The notes: a model not told the origin generated them from the sequence alone. Positions 20,287 through 28,879 are shown, numbered from the stretch's first letter. The stretch is 32,000 bases of DNA from Sinorhizobium meliloti (GCF_017876815.1 NZ_JAGIOS010000001.1:3570001-3602000), one strand, 5' to 3'. Numbers and translations are program-made.

Positions 20287-21114
20287 TCAGATATCGAACG
20301 ACGCCAGGATCTGGTCCATTTGACGCGACGGCTCGGAACAGCCGGCCTCGCCGACGACCTTCGCCGGCACCCCGGCAACCGTCGATTTGGGAGGGACCGC
20401 CTTCAGCACGACGGAACCGGCGGCCACGCGCGAGCAGTGGCCGATGTGGATGTTGCCGAGAATCTTTGCGCCGGCGCCGATCAGCACGCCGTTGCCGATC
20501 TTCGGATGACGGTCGCTGCCTTCCTTGCCGGTGCCGCCAAGCGTCACGCCATGCAAGATAGATACGTTGTCGCCGATGACCGCGGTTTCGCCGACGACGA
20601 GCCCCGTTGCATGATCGAGGAAGATGCCGCGCCCGATGCGGGCGGCCGGGTTGATGTCGGTTTGGAAAACACTGGAGGAGCGGCTCTGGAGATAGAGCGC
20701 AAAGTCTTTCCGGCCGCGGTTCCACAGCCAGTGAGCCAGACGGTGCGTCTGTATGGCATGGAAGCCCTTGAAATAAAGCACGGGCTCCATGAAGCGCGTG
20801 CAGGCCGGGTCGCGGTCGTAGACCGCCTGTATATCGACGCGCAGGACGGCGCCCCATTCGGGCCAGTCCTCGAGCATTTCGGCGAAGGTCTGGTGCAGGA
20901 GGCTCGCCTGTAGGTCGGGATGGTCCAGCCTCTCGCAGATCCGGTAGATGACGCAATCTTCCAGGGAATGCTGATTGACCACCGTCGAATAGAGAAAGGC
21001 CGCCAGCATCGGGTCGCGCTCGGCCGCCAGACGCGCCTCCTCGCGCAGGCTATCCCAGATCGGATCGATCGCTTCGAGCGATTCCGTATGACGAAGTTCT
21101 GTCTTGGCGACCAT
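20287..21114 (-). CDS. cysE: Serine O-acetyltransferase CysE
   Basis: 275 aa with an N-terminal SATase helical domain (DPIWDSLREEARLAAERDPMLAAFLYSTVVNQHSLEDCV). The hexapeptide C-terminal domain reads GIFLDHATGLVVGETAVIGDNVSILHGVTLGGTGKEGSDRHPKIGNGVLIGAGAKILGNIHIG. Confidence 0.93.
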   Translation of the reverse strand: MVAKTELRHTESLEAIDPIWDSLREEARLAAERDPMLAAFLYSTVVNQHSLEDCVIYRICERLDHPDLQASLLHQTFAEMLEDWPEWGAVLRVDIQAVYDRDPACTRFMEPVLYFKGFHAIQTHRLAHWLWNRGRKDFALYLQSRSSSVFQTDINPAARIGRGIFLDHATGLVVGETAVIGDNVSILHGVTLGGTGKEGSDRHPKIGNGVLIGAGAKILGNIHIGHCSRVAAGSVVLKAVPPKSTVAGVPAKVVGEAGCSEPSRQMDQILASFDI

Positions 21115-21246
21115 GGTCGCTCTCCTTCCTGGGCGGTCCCTCAGCGGGGTCGTCTTTGGCTTGCCTGTTTAGGACGGGTCGTTGTTCCGGCATATATAGG
21201 CCAATTCCCGGCCGACATAAATGGCCTGACCGGAATTCACCTCTCG

Positions 21247-21403
21247 TTACAGCGCCGCGCGTCTTATCAGACGCGCAAAGGCCGCTGTAGCACTTTGATC
21301 TGCTGCAGGTTTTTGTCCTTTAATCGGATACGATTAAAGGAAACATGCAGTAGTGGCACGGACGGGAGCAACTCGAGGAAAAGTGCGCAGGGTTTTCCGT
21401 CCG
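21247..21403. repeat. Mosaic of three palindromic modules (rhizobial intergenic repeat, RIME-like)
   Basis: Module 1 (21247-21290): GCGCGTCT-TATC-AGACGCGC flanked by ACAGCG/CGCTGT. Module 2 (21303-21350): perfect 11-bp AT-rich stem TCCTTTAATCG-GATA-CGATTAAAGGA flanked by CTGCAGGTTT/AAACATGCAG. Module 3 (21359-21403): CGGACGG...GGAAAA-GTGCGCAGGG-TTTTCC...CCGTCCG. Sequences like these (spurious peptides LQRPLRV, FNRIRLK, SAQGFPSG) recur in Rhizobiales intergenic regions as far as I remember. The element name is not certain. Confidence 0.6.
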
Positions 21404-21411
21404 GACTGGCC

Positions 21412-22191
21412 TCACCCAACCCCGGCAAGGAACTCCAGAACCGCCTTCTTGAACACCCGGTCGCCGACCGCCAGCATGTGGTCGCGCCCGGGAATGTCGA
21501 GTGCCACGGCATGCTGCATCAGCGCGGCGAGCTCCTCAGCCGATCCGGCGATGTCATCCTTTGTCCCGACGCCGATCAGCACCGGCACGTCTATGCGGCC
21601 TACCTCGTCGGCGGTAAGCAGGTCCCGCGATGTCGATATGCATGCGGCGAGCGCCTGACGATCGCTTTTCGTCTGGTCTGCGAAGGCGCGGAACGTCCGG
21701 CCCCGCTCGTGCGTAACGTCCTCCAAAGAAGGCGCAAGCAGCGCGTCGGCGATCGGATCCCACTCCCCCACCCCCGTGATCATGCCTATCCCGAGACCGC
21801 CGAATACCAGCGAACGGACGCGATCCGGGTGCTGCAAGGCCAGGAATGCCGATATGCGCGCGCCCATCGAATAACCCATGACATGCGCTTCGCCGATGCC
21901 GAGATGCACCAGAAGTGCCGCCGCATCCCCCGCCATCTGCGGCGGGTGATAGAGCGAGGGATCATGGGGCTTGCTGCTTTGCCCGTGCCCGCGATTGTCG
22001 AGCGCGATGACGCGGTATCCGGCGTCGCCGAGCGTCTTCAGCCATCCGGGAAAAACCCAATTGACATTGGCGCTCGATGCAAAGCCGTGAATGAGCAGGA
22101 TCGGGTCGCCCGAGGGGTCACCTTCGTCGAAATAGGCGATTTCCAGTCCGTCGTGCGCGAAGCGGGAAAATGGCGGAGGGTTCAAGTCCAT
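21412..22191 (-). CDS. Alpha/beta-fold hydrolase
   Basis: Track ORF 21412..22242 trimmed to ATG 22191 (AGGAAAA upstream). Reads MDLNPPPFSRFAHDGLEIAYFDEGDPSGDPILLIHGFASS...VIALDNRGHGQS...HVMGYSMGARISA, with the HG oxyanion motif and the GxSxG nucleophile elbow. 259 aa. Confidence 0.85.
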   Translation of the reverse strand: MDLNPPPFSRFAHDGLEIAYFDEGDPSGDPILLIHGFASSANVNWVFPGWLKTLGDAGYRVIALDNRGHGQSSKPHDPSLYHPPQMAGDAAALLVHLGIGEAHVMGYSMGARISAFLALQHPDRVRSLVFGGLGIGMITGVGEWDPIADALLAPSLEDVTHERGRTFRAFADQTKSDRQALAACISTSRDLLTADEVGRIDVPVLIGVGTKDDIAGSAEELAALMQHAVALDIPGRDHMLAVGDRVFKKAVLEFLAGVG

Positions 22192-22380
22192 CTGGTTTTC
22201 CTGGTATTGTCCTGTCGGCGCGGACGTTAGTTGGTAAAGCAACGGCCGGAAACCCCAACCGCTCCAAAAACCATAGGCGCGGCATGTTTGCCGCTACACA
22301 TTTTCGCCAAAGCTCACTATGGTGCCGGCAAAATCGACACCCCAATCGACACCTAAGACTTGCATATATCGGAGTACGAC

Positions 22381-22626
22381 ATGGCCGGCCACAGCATCCC
22401 CCATTTTCAGAACGACGGCGGGCACCGGGTCATCGAGATCGGCGTCAAGGAATTCATGTGCACGGGCGCTTCCGTCCCGTTCGACCACCCTCACATCTTC
22501 GTCGACATGGGCGACGAGAACGAGAAAGTCTGTTCCTATTGCTCGACCCTCTACCGCTACAATCCTTCCCTGAAGGCGACGGAAACAATCCCTCCGGGCT
22601 GCCTTTTCACGACTAAAGCCGCCTGA
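22381..22626 (+). CDS. Zinc-finger (zf-CHCC) protein, NDUFS6 C-terminal-domain-like
   Basis: Track ORF 22360..22626 trimmed to ATG 22381 (GGAG upstream), 81 aa. FMCTGASVPFDHPHIFVDMGDENEKVCSYCSTLY parallels the NDUFS6 pattern C-x-G...HP-x-V/I-(F/Y)-(I/V)...C-x-Y-C as I remember it. Confidence 0.8.
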   Translation: MAGHSIPHFQNDGGHRVIEIGVKEFMCTGASVPFDHPHIFVDMGDENEKVCSYCSTLYRYNPSLKATETIPPGCLFTTKAA

Positions 22627-22653
22627 TCCTGCGCAGGCGACGGCGCGATATCC

Positions 22654-23817
22654 ATGCAAAAGGCTGATCCGGTTGCGATCGTCGGTGCCGGCATCGCCGG
22701 GCTGACGGCTGCGCTCTGCCTTGCACGGAAGGGGTTCCGGACGGATATCTTCGAGCAGGCCGATGCATTGGAGGAAGCCGGTGCCGGGCTTCAGCTTTCG
22801 CCGAATGCATCGCGCATCCTCATCGAACTCGGGTTGCTGCCCGCTCTCGAACGCGTCTGGAATGAACCGGAAGCGATCTCGCTTACCGACGGCCGCTCGC
22901 TGCGGCCGCTTGCCAGCGTGCCTGCCGGCGCACGCGCCCGCGAGCGCTGGGGGGCGCCGTATGGCGTCCTGCATCGCGCCAGCCTGCAAACGATCCTTCT
23001 GGATGCCGTCCGGGCCGAGCCGCTCTGCCGCCTTCATCTGGGGAGGCGAATCGCGGACGATCCGCGAACAGTCATCACCGAGGCGAGCAAGCGCTCACCG
23101 GCCGCGATCATCGGCGCGGACGGGATCTGGTCGCGGATTCGCTCCTCCGTTGCCGGCGCCGGCACCGTCCGTTTTTCGGGCAATGTCGCCTGGCGCTTCA
23201 CGCTGCCACGCACCCGGGTGCCCGCCTGCCTGTCGCAAGATCGCGTCACCGCCTTCCTCGCGCCGAAGGCCCATCTCGTCGCCTATCCGATCCGGAAGAT
23301 CGACGGCTTCAACTTCGTTGCGATCGTTGCCGGAAGGGCGTCGGGCGAAACCTGGGAGGGGCGCGAATCCGGTGATCGCCGGCGCGAGTTCGAGGCGGCC
23401 TTCAGGGATTGGCATCCCGACCTGCGCTCGTCGCTCGGTCACGCCGGCTCGGCGACCTACTGGCCGCTCTGCACGGTTGAAGACGGGGCTTGGCACAATG
23501 GACGCGACACCATCCTCATCGGCGATGCTGCCCACGCCCTGACGCCATTTGCAGCCCAGGGCGCGGCGATGGCCATCGAGGACGCCCGGGAACTCGCCCG
23601 CTGTATGGCCGATTCTCCCGACCTTCCCTCCGCCTTCGCACGCTATGAAGACGCACGCAGGGTGCGGATCGGCCGCGTTCGCAAGCGCGCCGCCTTCAAC
23701 AGCTTCGCCTACCACGCAGCAGGTCCGGTGCGGATCGCGCGCAATCTCGTTCTCTCTTTTAAAAAACCCGAGGCGCTCGCAGCCGATTTCGACTGGCTTT
23801 ACGGCTACGGCTCTTAG
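22654..23817 (+). CDS. FAD-dependent monooxygenase (class A flavoprotein, salicylate-hydroxylase-like)
   Basis: 387 aa with the N-terminal dinucleotide fold VAIVGAGIAGLTAALCLARKG. Also the IIGADGIWSRIR (DG motif) and ILIGDAAHALTPFAAQGAAMAIEDA (GD motif). Substrate cannot be inferred. Confidence 0.85.
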   Translation: MQKADPVAIVGAGIAGLTAALCLARKGFRTDIFEQADALEEAGAGLQLSPNASRILIELGLLPALERVWNEPEAISLTDGRSLRPLASVPAGARARERWGAPYGVLHRASLQTILLDAVRAEPLCRLHLGRRIADDPRTVITEASKRSPAAIIGADGIWSRIRSSVAGAGTVRFSGNVAWRFTLPRTRVPACLSQDRVTAFLAPKAHLVAYPIRKIDGFNFVAIVAGRASGETWEGRESGDRRREFEAAFRDWHPDLRSSLGHAGSATYWPLCTVEDGAWHNGRDTILIGDAAHALTPFAAQGAAMAIEDARELARCMADSPDLPSAFARYEDARRVRIGRVRKRAAFNSFAYHAAGPVRIARNLVLSFKKPEALAADFDWLYGYGS

Positions 23818-23871
23818 TAAGCGCAGGAAGACGGGACCGAATTACCGCCTCCCTATCGCTTCGTTCGGACC

Positions 23872-25059
23872 TCAGACGGCGTTTGCCGCGGCGAGGCCCG
23901 CCTCGATATCCCGGCGGATGTCCGGTACATCCTCGAGTCCGATCTGCAGCCGGATGACCGGCCCTTCGGACGGTGCCTTCGCCACCTTGCGATCGGAGAG
24001 GTTCACGTGAACGGCGAGGCTTTCGAAGCCGCCCCAGGAGTAGCCGAGCCCGAACAGCGAGAGCGCATCCAGGAAGGCATGCGCCTTTGCCTTGCCGTCT
24101 TCCGGTTCCGCCTTGAGCACGAAGGAGAATATCCCGCTCGCGCCGCCGAAGTCGCGCTTCCACAATTCGTGTCCGGGAAAGCTCGGCAGTGCCGGATGAA
24201 GCACGCGCGCCACCTCGTCTCGGCCCTCCAGCCATTCAGCGATCGCGAGCGCGCTTGCCTGATGACGCACCAGGCGAACGCCCATCGTGCGCAGGCCGCG
24301 CAGGATCTGATAGCTGTCGTCCGGCGAAACGGAGACGCCGAGCGTGACCATCGCCTCGCTGAGTGCCGGCCAATGGGCCGCATTGGCCGAAACGGTTCCG
24401 AGAAGAACGTCCGAGTGACCGGAAGGGTACTTGGTCGCCGCATGGATCGACACGTCGACGCCGTGGTCGAGGGGCCGGAAGTAGACCGGCGTCGCCCAGG
24501 TATTGTCCATGGTCACGATACAGCCGTGCCGGTGCGCCGCGGCGGCGATTGCCGGAATATCCTGCATCTCGAACGTATTCGAGCCCGGGGCTTCCGTATG
24601 CACCAGCCGCGTGTTCGGCCTGATCAGGTTTTCGATGCCGGCGCCGATCGTCGGGTCATAATATTCGACCGTGACGCCGAGCCTGGAGAGCATCGTGTCG
24701 CAGAAGTGGCGGGTGGGGAAATAGACCGAATCGACAATGAGCACATGGTCGCCCGAGGAGAGATAGGCGAGGAACGGCACCGTGACCGCAGCGAGCCCGG
24801 AGGGAACGAGGATCGTGCCCGCTGCGCCCTCCAACTCGTTCACGGCCTCGCAGAGCGCGTCGGTCGTCGGTGTGCCGCGCGTCCCATAGGTATATTTCTG
24901 CGCCCGCGTCTCCATCGTCCTCGCATTCGGGAACAGCACGGTGGAGGCGTGAACCACCGGCGGATTGACGAAGCCATGGAAGTCGGAGGGGTTGTTGCCG
25001 GTGTGCGCGAGACGGGTATTGATGCCCTGCTCCGCCTTCCCGATCTTGTTGTCTGCCAT
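23872..25059 (-). CDS. metC: Cystathionine beta-lyase MetC (PLP-dependent, Cys/Met metabolism family)
   Basis: Track ORF 23872..25164 trimmed to MADNKIGKAEQGINTRLAHTGNNPSDFHGFVNPPVVHASTVLF..., giving 395 aa. Contains SIHAATKYPSGHSDVLLG, the PLP-lysine region. Divergent from aapJ, as I recall for rhizobia. Confidence 0.87.
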   Translation of the reverse strand: MADNKIGKAEQGINTRLAHTGNNPSDFHGFVNPPVVHASTVLFPNARTMETRAQKYTYGTRGTPTTDALCEAVNELEGAAGTILVPSGLAAVTVPFLAYLSSGDHVLIVDSVYFPTRHFCDTMLSRLGVTVEYYDPTIGAGIENLIRPNTRLVHTEAPGSNTFEMQDIPAIAAAAHRHGCIVTMDNTWATPVYFRPLDHGVDVSIHAATKYPSGHSDVLLGTVSANAAHWPALSEAMVTLGVSVSPDDSYQILRGLRTMGVRLVRHQASALAIAEWLEGRDEVARVLHPALPSFPGHELWKRDFGGASGIFSFVLKAEPEDGKAKAHAFLDALSLFGLGYSWGGFESLAVHVNLSDRKVAKAPSEGPVIRLQIGLEDVPDIRRDIEAGLAAANAV

Positions 25060-25396
25060 TGAAACATCCGCTGTTGATTTTCGCTGCCGACTCATCGAAC
25101 GGGCCACCGGCCGGGTCAAGGAAAAATTCAAGCCGGCCGCCCGTGAATCACGAAGGAGGCGCAACTGGCGGTTTTTTATTCATGACGGGCAATTCTGTCG
25201 CGAGACCTGCCTAAACTTCTGGCGAGCTTCACGTTTTTCACATGGAAGATCATAAAATCGGCAACGTCTCTTGACCCTTCCAGATTTTGAGCATGAGATA
25301 GTTTGTACTCAGGCCAGGAGGGTGGCCGAGGCTGCACGCGCCAAGAGAGCGCAACCGTGCAGACGCGAAAAACGACAACCGAAAAGGTTCAAAAAA

Positions 25397-26422
25397 ATGG
25401 CAAGAAGAATTCTGACAGCTCTCGTTGGCGCTGCTGTCGTGGGGATTGGCACACATGCGGCATCCGCCGCGACGCTTGACGACGTGAAGGCCAAGGGCTT
25501 CGTCCAGTGCGGCGTGAATACCGGCCTCGCCGGTTTCGCAGCCCCTGACGCCTCGGGCAATTGGAGCGGATTCGACGTCGACTATTGCAAGGCGATTGCG
25601 GCCGCGATCTTCGGCGACGGCAGCAAGGTCAAGTATACGCCGCTCTCCGCCAAGGAGCGCTTTCCGGCGCTGCAGTCCGGCGAAGTCGACGTGCTCGCAC
25701 GCAACACGACCTGGTCGATCAACCGCGACACGGCGCTTGGCTTCAACTTCCGTCCGGTCAACTACTACGACGGCCAGGGCTTCATGGTTCGCAAGGAACT
25801 CGACGTGAAGTCCGCCCTCGAGCTTTCCGGCGCCGCCGTCTGCGTTCAGACCGGCACGACGACCGAGCTGAACCTCGCCGACTACTTCAAGGCGAACAAT
25901 CTGCAGTACAACCCGGTCGTCTTCGAGAAACTCGAGGAAGTGAACGCTGCCTACGACGCCGGCCGTTGCGATGTCTATACGACCGACCAGTCCGGCCTCT
26001 ATTCGCTGCGCCTCACCCTCTCGAAGCCCGATGACCACATCGTTCTGCCGGAGATCATCTCCAAGGAGCCGCTCGCACCGGCGGTCCGCCAGGGTGACGA
26101 TCAGTGGTTCGACATCGTCAGCTGGGTCCATTACGCCCTGGTCCAGGCCGAAGAGTTCGGCGTAACCCAGGCCAATCTCGAAGAAATGAAGAAGTCGACG
26201 AACCCCGACGTTCAACGCTTCCTGGGCGTCGAGGCCGACAGCAAGATCGGCACGGACCTCGGCCTCACCAACGAATGGGCGGTCAATATCGTCAAGGCAG
26301 TCGGAAACTACGGCGAAGTGTTCGACCGCAACATCGGCGCAGGCAGCCCGCTGAAGATCGAGCGCGGCCTCAACGCTCTCTGGAACAAGGGCGGTCTCCA
26401 ATACGCACCGCCGGTCCGCTGA
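25397..26422 (+). CDS. aapJ: General L-amino acid ABC transporter, periplasmic binding protein AapJ
   Basis: Track ORF 25271..26422 trimmed to MARRILTALVGAAVVGIGTHAASAATLDDVKAKGFVQCGVNTGLAGF... (signal peptide), giving 341 aa. Family-3 solute-binding protein. First gene of the aapJQMP order. Confidence 0.92.
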   Translation: MARRILTALVGAAVVGIGTHAASAATLDDVKAKGFVQCGVNTGLAGFAAPDASGNWSGFDVDYCKAIAAAIFGDGSKVKYTPLSAKERFPALQSGEVDVLARNTTWSINRDTALGFNFRPVNYYDGQGFMVRKELDVKSALELSGAAVCVQTGTTTELNLADYFKANNLQYNPVVFEKLEEVNAAYDAGRCDVYTTDQSGLYSLRLTLSKPDDHIVLPEIISKEPLAPAVRQGDDQWFDIVSWVHYALVQAEEFGVTQANLEEMKKSTNPDVQRFLGVEADSKIGTDLGLTNEWAVNIVKAVGNYGEVFDRNIGAGSPLKIERGLNALWNKGGLQYAPPVR

Positions 26423-26434
26423 TCGGACGCTATG

Positions 26435-26463
26435 TCGGGGGACGGCCGCGGCCGCTCCCCCGA
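26435..26463 (+). promoter_or_regulatory. Intercistronic GC-rich hairpin between aapJ and aapQ (partial terminator / mRNA stabiliser candidate)
   Basis: TCGGGGGA (26435-26442) and TCCCCCGA (26456-26463) form a perfect 8-bp stem. The 13-nt loop CGGCCGCGGCCGC is itself self-complementary. It is not followed by a clean T tract (TCAACGATAAAAA). Confidence 0.6.
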
Positions 26464-26526
26464 TCAACGATAAAAACCCGATAAGGGGAACATCCGAAAG
26501 GATGGACAAGGGGAAAGAGGCATTGC

Positions 26527-27720
26527 ATGGCCATCGGCGTCACCAACGCGCCTGAACGAAGCAGGTCCTCAGGGTCGATCATCAACGATCCTCAGGTGCG
26601 CGGGATATTCTATCAGGCAATCACCATCATCATCCTCGCAGCGCTCATCTACTGGATCGTCGACAACACCGTCGACAACCTGAGACGCGCGAACATCGCA
26701 TCCGGCTACGATTTCGTTAGAAGCCGCGCCGGCTTCGATGTCGGACAGTCGCTGATTTCATTCACCAGCGATTCCACCTATGGCCGCGCCTTGCTGGTCG
26801 GCTTCATCAATACGTTGCTCGTCGCAATTACCGGAATCATCACGGCGACGATCATCGGCTTTATCGTCGGCATCGGACGCCTTTCGCACAACTGGATCAT
26901 CGCCAAGCTCTCGCTGGCCTATGTCGAAGTGTTCCGCAACATCCCGCCGCTGCTCGTTATATTCTTCTGGTACAGCGGGGTGCTGTCGATATTGCCGCAG
27001 GCACGAGATGCGCTTGCCCTGCCCTTTGATATCTTTCTGAGCAATCGCGGCGTCGCCTTTCCGACGCCGATTGCCGAAGAGGGTGCAGAATACACGCTCC
27101 TCGCGTTTGTTATCGCCGTCGCCGCAAGTGTGTTCTTTGCCCGTTACGCGCGCAAGCGGCAGTTGGCGACCGGCGAGCGCCTTCCCGTCCTGTGGACCGT
27201 GCTCGGGCTGATCATCGGTCTGCCGCTGGTCACATTTCTCGTGACCGGTGCGCCGATCACCTTCGACATTCCCGTGGCGGGCAAGTTCAACCTTACGGGC
27301 GGTTCGGTCGTCGGACCGGAGTTCATGTCGCTGTTCCTCGCGCTTTCCTTCTACACGGCAGCCTTCATCGCCGAAATCGTCCGGGCCGGCATCCGCGGCG
27401 TTTCCAAAGGCCAGACGGAGGCGGCACATGCGCTCGGCATACGCCCGGCGCTGACGACGCGCCTCGTGGTCGTGCCGCAGGCGATGCGCATCATCATTCC
27501 GCCGCTGACCAGCCAGTATCTCAACCTCACCAAGAACTCCTCGCTGGCGGTTGCCATCGGTTATGCCGACCTCGTTGCCGTCGGCGGCACCATCCTCAAC
27601 CAGACCGGACAGTCGATCGAGATCGTAAGCATCTGGCTCATCGTCTATCTCAGCCTGAGCCTCGCGACGTCGCTGTTCATGAACTGGTACAACGCCCGAA
27701 TGGCGCTGGTGGAGAGGTGA
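26527..27720 (+). CDS. aapQ: General L-amino acid ABC transporter permease AapQ
   Basis: 397 aa polytopic permease with GAAAGAGG upstream. EAA-loop region: [56 protein letters not shown]. Confidence 0.92.
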   Translation: MAIGVTNAPERSRSSGSIINDPQVRGIFYQAITIIILAALIYWIVDNTVDNLRRANIASGYDFVRSRAGFDVGQSLISFTSDSTYGRALLVGFINTLLVAITGIITATIIGFIVGIGRLSHNWIIAKLSLAYVEVFRNIPPLLVIFFWYSGVLSILPQARDALALPFDIFLSNRGVAFPTPIAEEGAEYTLLAFVIAVAASVFFARYARKRQLATGERLPVLWTVLGLIIGLPLVTFLVTGAPITFDIPVAGKFNLTGGSVVGPEFMSLFLALSFYTAAFIAEIVRAGIRGVSKGQTEAAHALGIRPALTTRLVVVPQAMRIIIPPLTSQYLNLTKNSSLAVAIGYADLVAVGGTILNQTGQSIEIVSIWLIVYLSLSLATSLFMNWYNARMALVER

Positions 27721-27724
27721 GATC

Positions 27725-28879
27725 ATGAGCACGAATCAGGCCTCTTTCGTTCGCGCTTCGATGATCGAAGCTTCGCCTGCCCCGTCGCTGGAAAGCGGTG
27801 CCGTCTCCTGGCTGCGGAAAAATCTGTTCGCCACGCCCAAGGACACCGCCCTGACGATCATCAGCCTGCTCATCCTGGCATGGCTGGTGCCGCCCGCAAT
27901 CCAGTGGCTCTTCATCGATGCCGCCTGGAGCGGCGGCGGCCGCGGCGTCTGCGCCACGCTCTCGCAAGGCGGCTCGCAGCCGGAAGGCTGGAGCGGCGCC
28001 TGCTGGGCCTTCGTCAATGCGAAGTTCGCCCAGTTTCTTTTTGGCCGCTATCCGCTCGACGAGCGCTGGCGTCCGGCGCTTGTCGGCATCCTCTTCGTGT
28101 TGCTCCTGGTGCCGATGCTGATACCGAGAATCCCGTACAAGGGATTGAACGCACTTCTGCTGCTGGTCGCCCTGCCTATCCTTTCGGCGATCCTCCTCCC
28201 AGGTGGCTGGTTCGGCCTCACCTATGTCGAAACGCCGCTCTGGGGCGGCCTGATGGTCACCCTGGTCCTGTCCTTTGTCGGAATCGCGGTTTCGCTGCCG
28301 CTCGGCATCCTGCTGGCGCTCGGGCGCCGGTCGAACATGCCGGTGATCAAGATGCTCTGCACCGTCTTCATCGAGGTCATCCGCGGCGTTCCATTGATCA
28401 CGGTGCTTTTCATGGCCAGCGTCATGCTGCCGCTGTTCCTGCCGCAGGGCGTCACCTTCGACAAGTTCCTGCGCGCCCTGATCGGTGTGTCGCTGTTTGC
28501 CTCCGCCTACATGGCGGAAGTCGTGCGCGGCGGCCTGCAGGCAATTCCGAAGGGCCAGTATGAGGGCGCCGATTCGCTGGGGCTCAGCTTTTGGCAGAAA
28601 ATGGGCTTCATCGTCCTGCCGCAGGCCCTGAAGCTGGTCATTCCCGGTATCGTCAACACATTCATAGGCCTGTTCAAGGACACATCGCTCGTGTCCATCA
28701 TCGGCATGTTCGACCTGCTCGGCATCGTTCGCCTGAACTTCAGCGATACGAACTGGGCCACCGCCGTCACGCCACTGACCGGCCTTATCTTCGCGGGCTT
28801 CGTCTTTTGGCTTTTCTGCTTCGGCATGTCGCGCTATTCAGGCTTCATGGAACGCCTGCTCGACAGAAGCCAGCGGTAA
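27725..28879 (+). CDS. aapM: General L-amino acid ABC transporter permease AapM
   Basis: 384 aa, starting 4 nt after the aapQ stop, with GGAGAGG upstream. EAA-loop: [55 protein letters not shown]. Confidence 0.92.
   Translation: MSTNQASFVRASMIEASPAPSLESGAVSWLRKNLFATPKDTALTIISLLILAWLVPPAIQWLFIDAAWSGGGRGVCATLSQGGSQPEGWSGACWAFVNAKFAQFLFGRYPLDERWRPALVGILFVLLLVPMLIPRIPYKGLNALLLLVALPILSAILLPGGWFGLTYVETPLWGGLMVTLVLSFVGIAVSLPLGILLALGRRSNMPVIKMLCTVFIEVIRGVPLITVLFMASVMLPLFLPQGVTFDKFLRALIGVSLFASAYMAEVVRGGLQAIPKGQYEGADSLGLSFWQKMGFIVLPQALKLVIPGIVNTFIGLFKDTSLVSIIGMFDLLGIVRLNFSDTNWATAVTPLTGLIFAGFVFWLFCFGMSRYSGFMERLLDRSQR

Noticed and set aside
20920-22230. 436-aa plus-strand ORF, plus similar antisense ORFs at 12315-13202, 26758-27732, 28838-29671, 702-1916, 8650-9825 and 20174-20956
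   Set aside because: All are antisense to, or out of frame with, genes that have strong family signatures. The 20920 ORF also runs straight through the palindromic repeat cluster at 21247-21403. Treated as GC-driven shadow ORFs.
23818-23871. Possible bidirectional terminator between the convergent monooxygenase and metC genes
   Set aside because: Only an imperfect GGACCGAA/TTCGGACC pairing (7 of 8) with a 22-nt loop and no U tract on either strand. Too weak to call.
25131-25180. T7 run preceded by GGCGG on the plus strand, a possible terminator of a small plus-strand RNA
   Set aside because: Only a 5-bp CCGCC/GGCGG stem with a loop of about 25 nt can be drawn. There is no upstream promoter-like element and nothing obvious to terminate. 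Kept only as a note within the metC/aapJ spacer finding.
25060-25396. Searched for a sigma54 (TGGCAC-N5-TTGC) promoter upstream of aapJ and for a SAM-II-type riboswitch in the metC leader
   Set aside because: The only TGGC-containing sites (CTGGCGGTTTTTTATTC, CTGGCGAGCTTCACG) lack the GC at the -12 position. No AAAGCU-type pseudoknot signature of SAM-II was visible. I cannot exclude weaker elements without a covariance-model search.
25250-26509. 419-aa minus-strand ORF
   Set aside because: Antisense to aapJ, which has a signal peptide, a family-3 solute-binding-protein sequence and operon context. The antisense product has no motifs.
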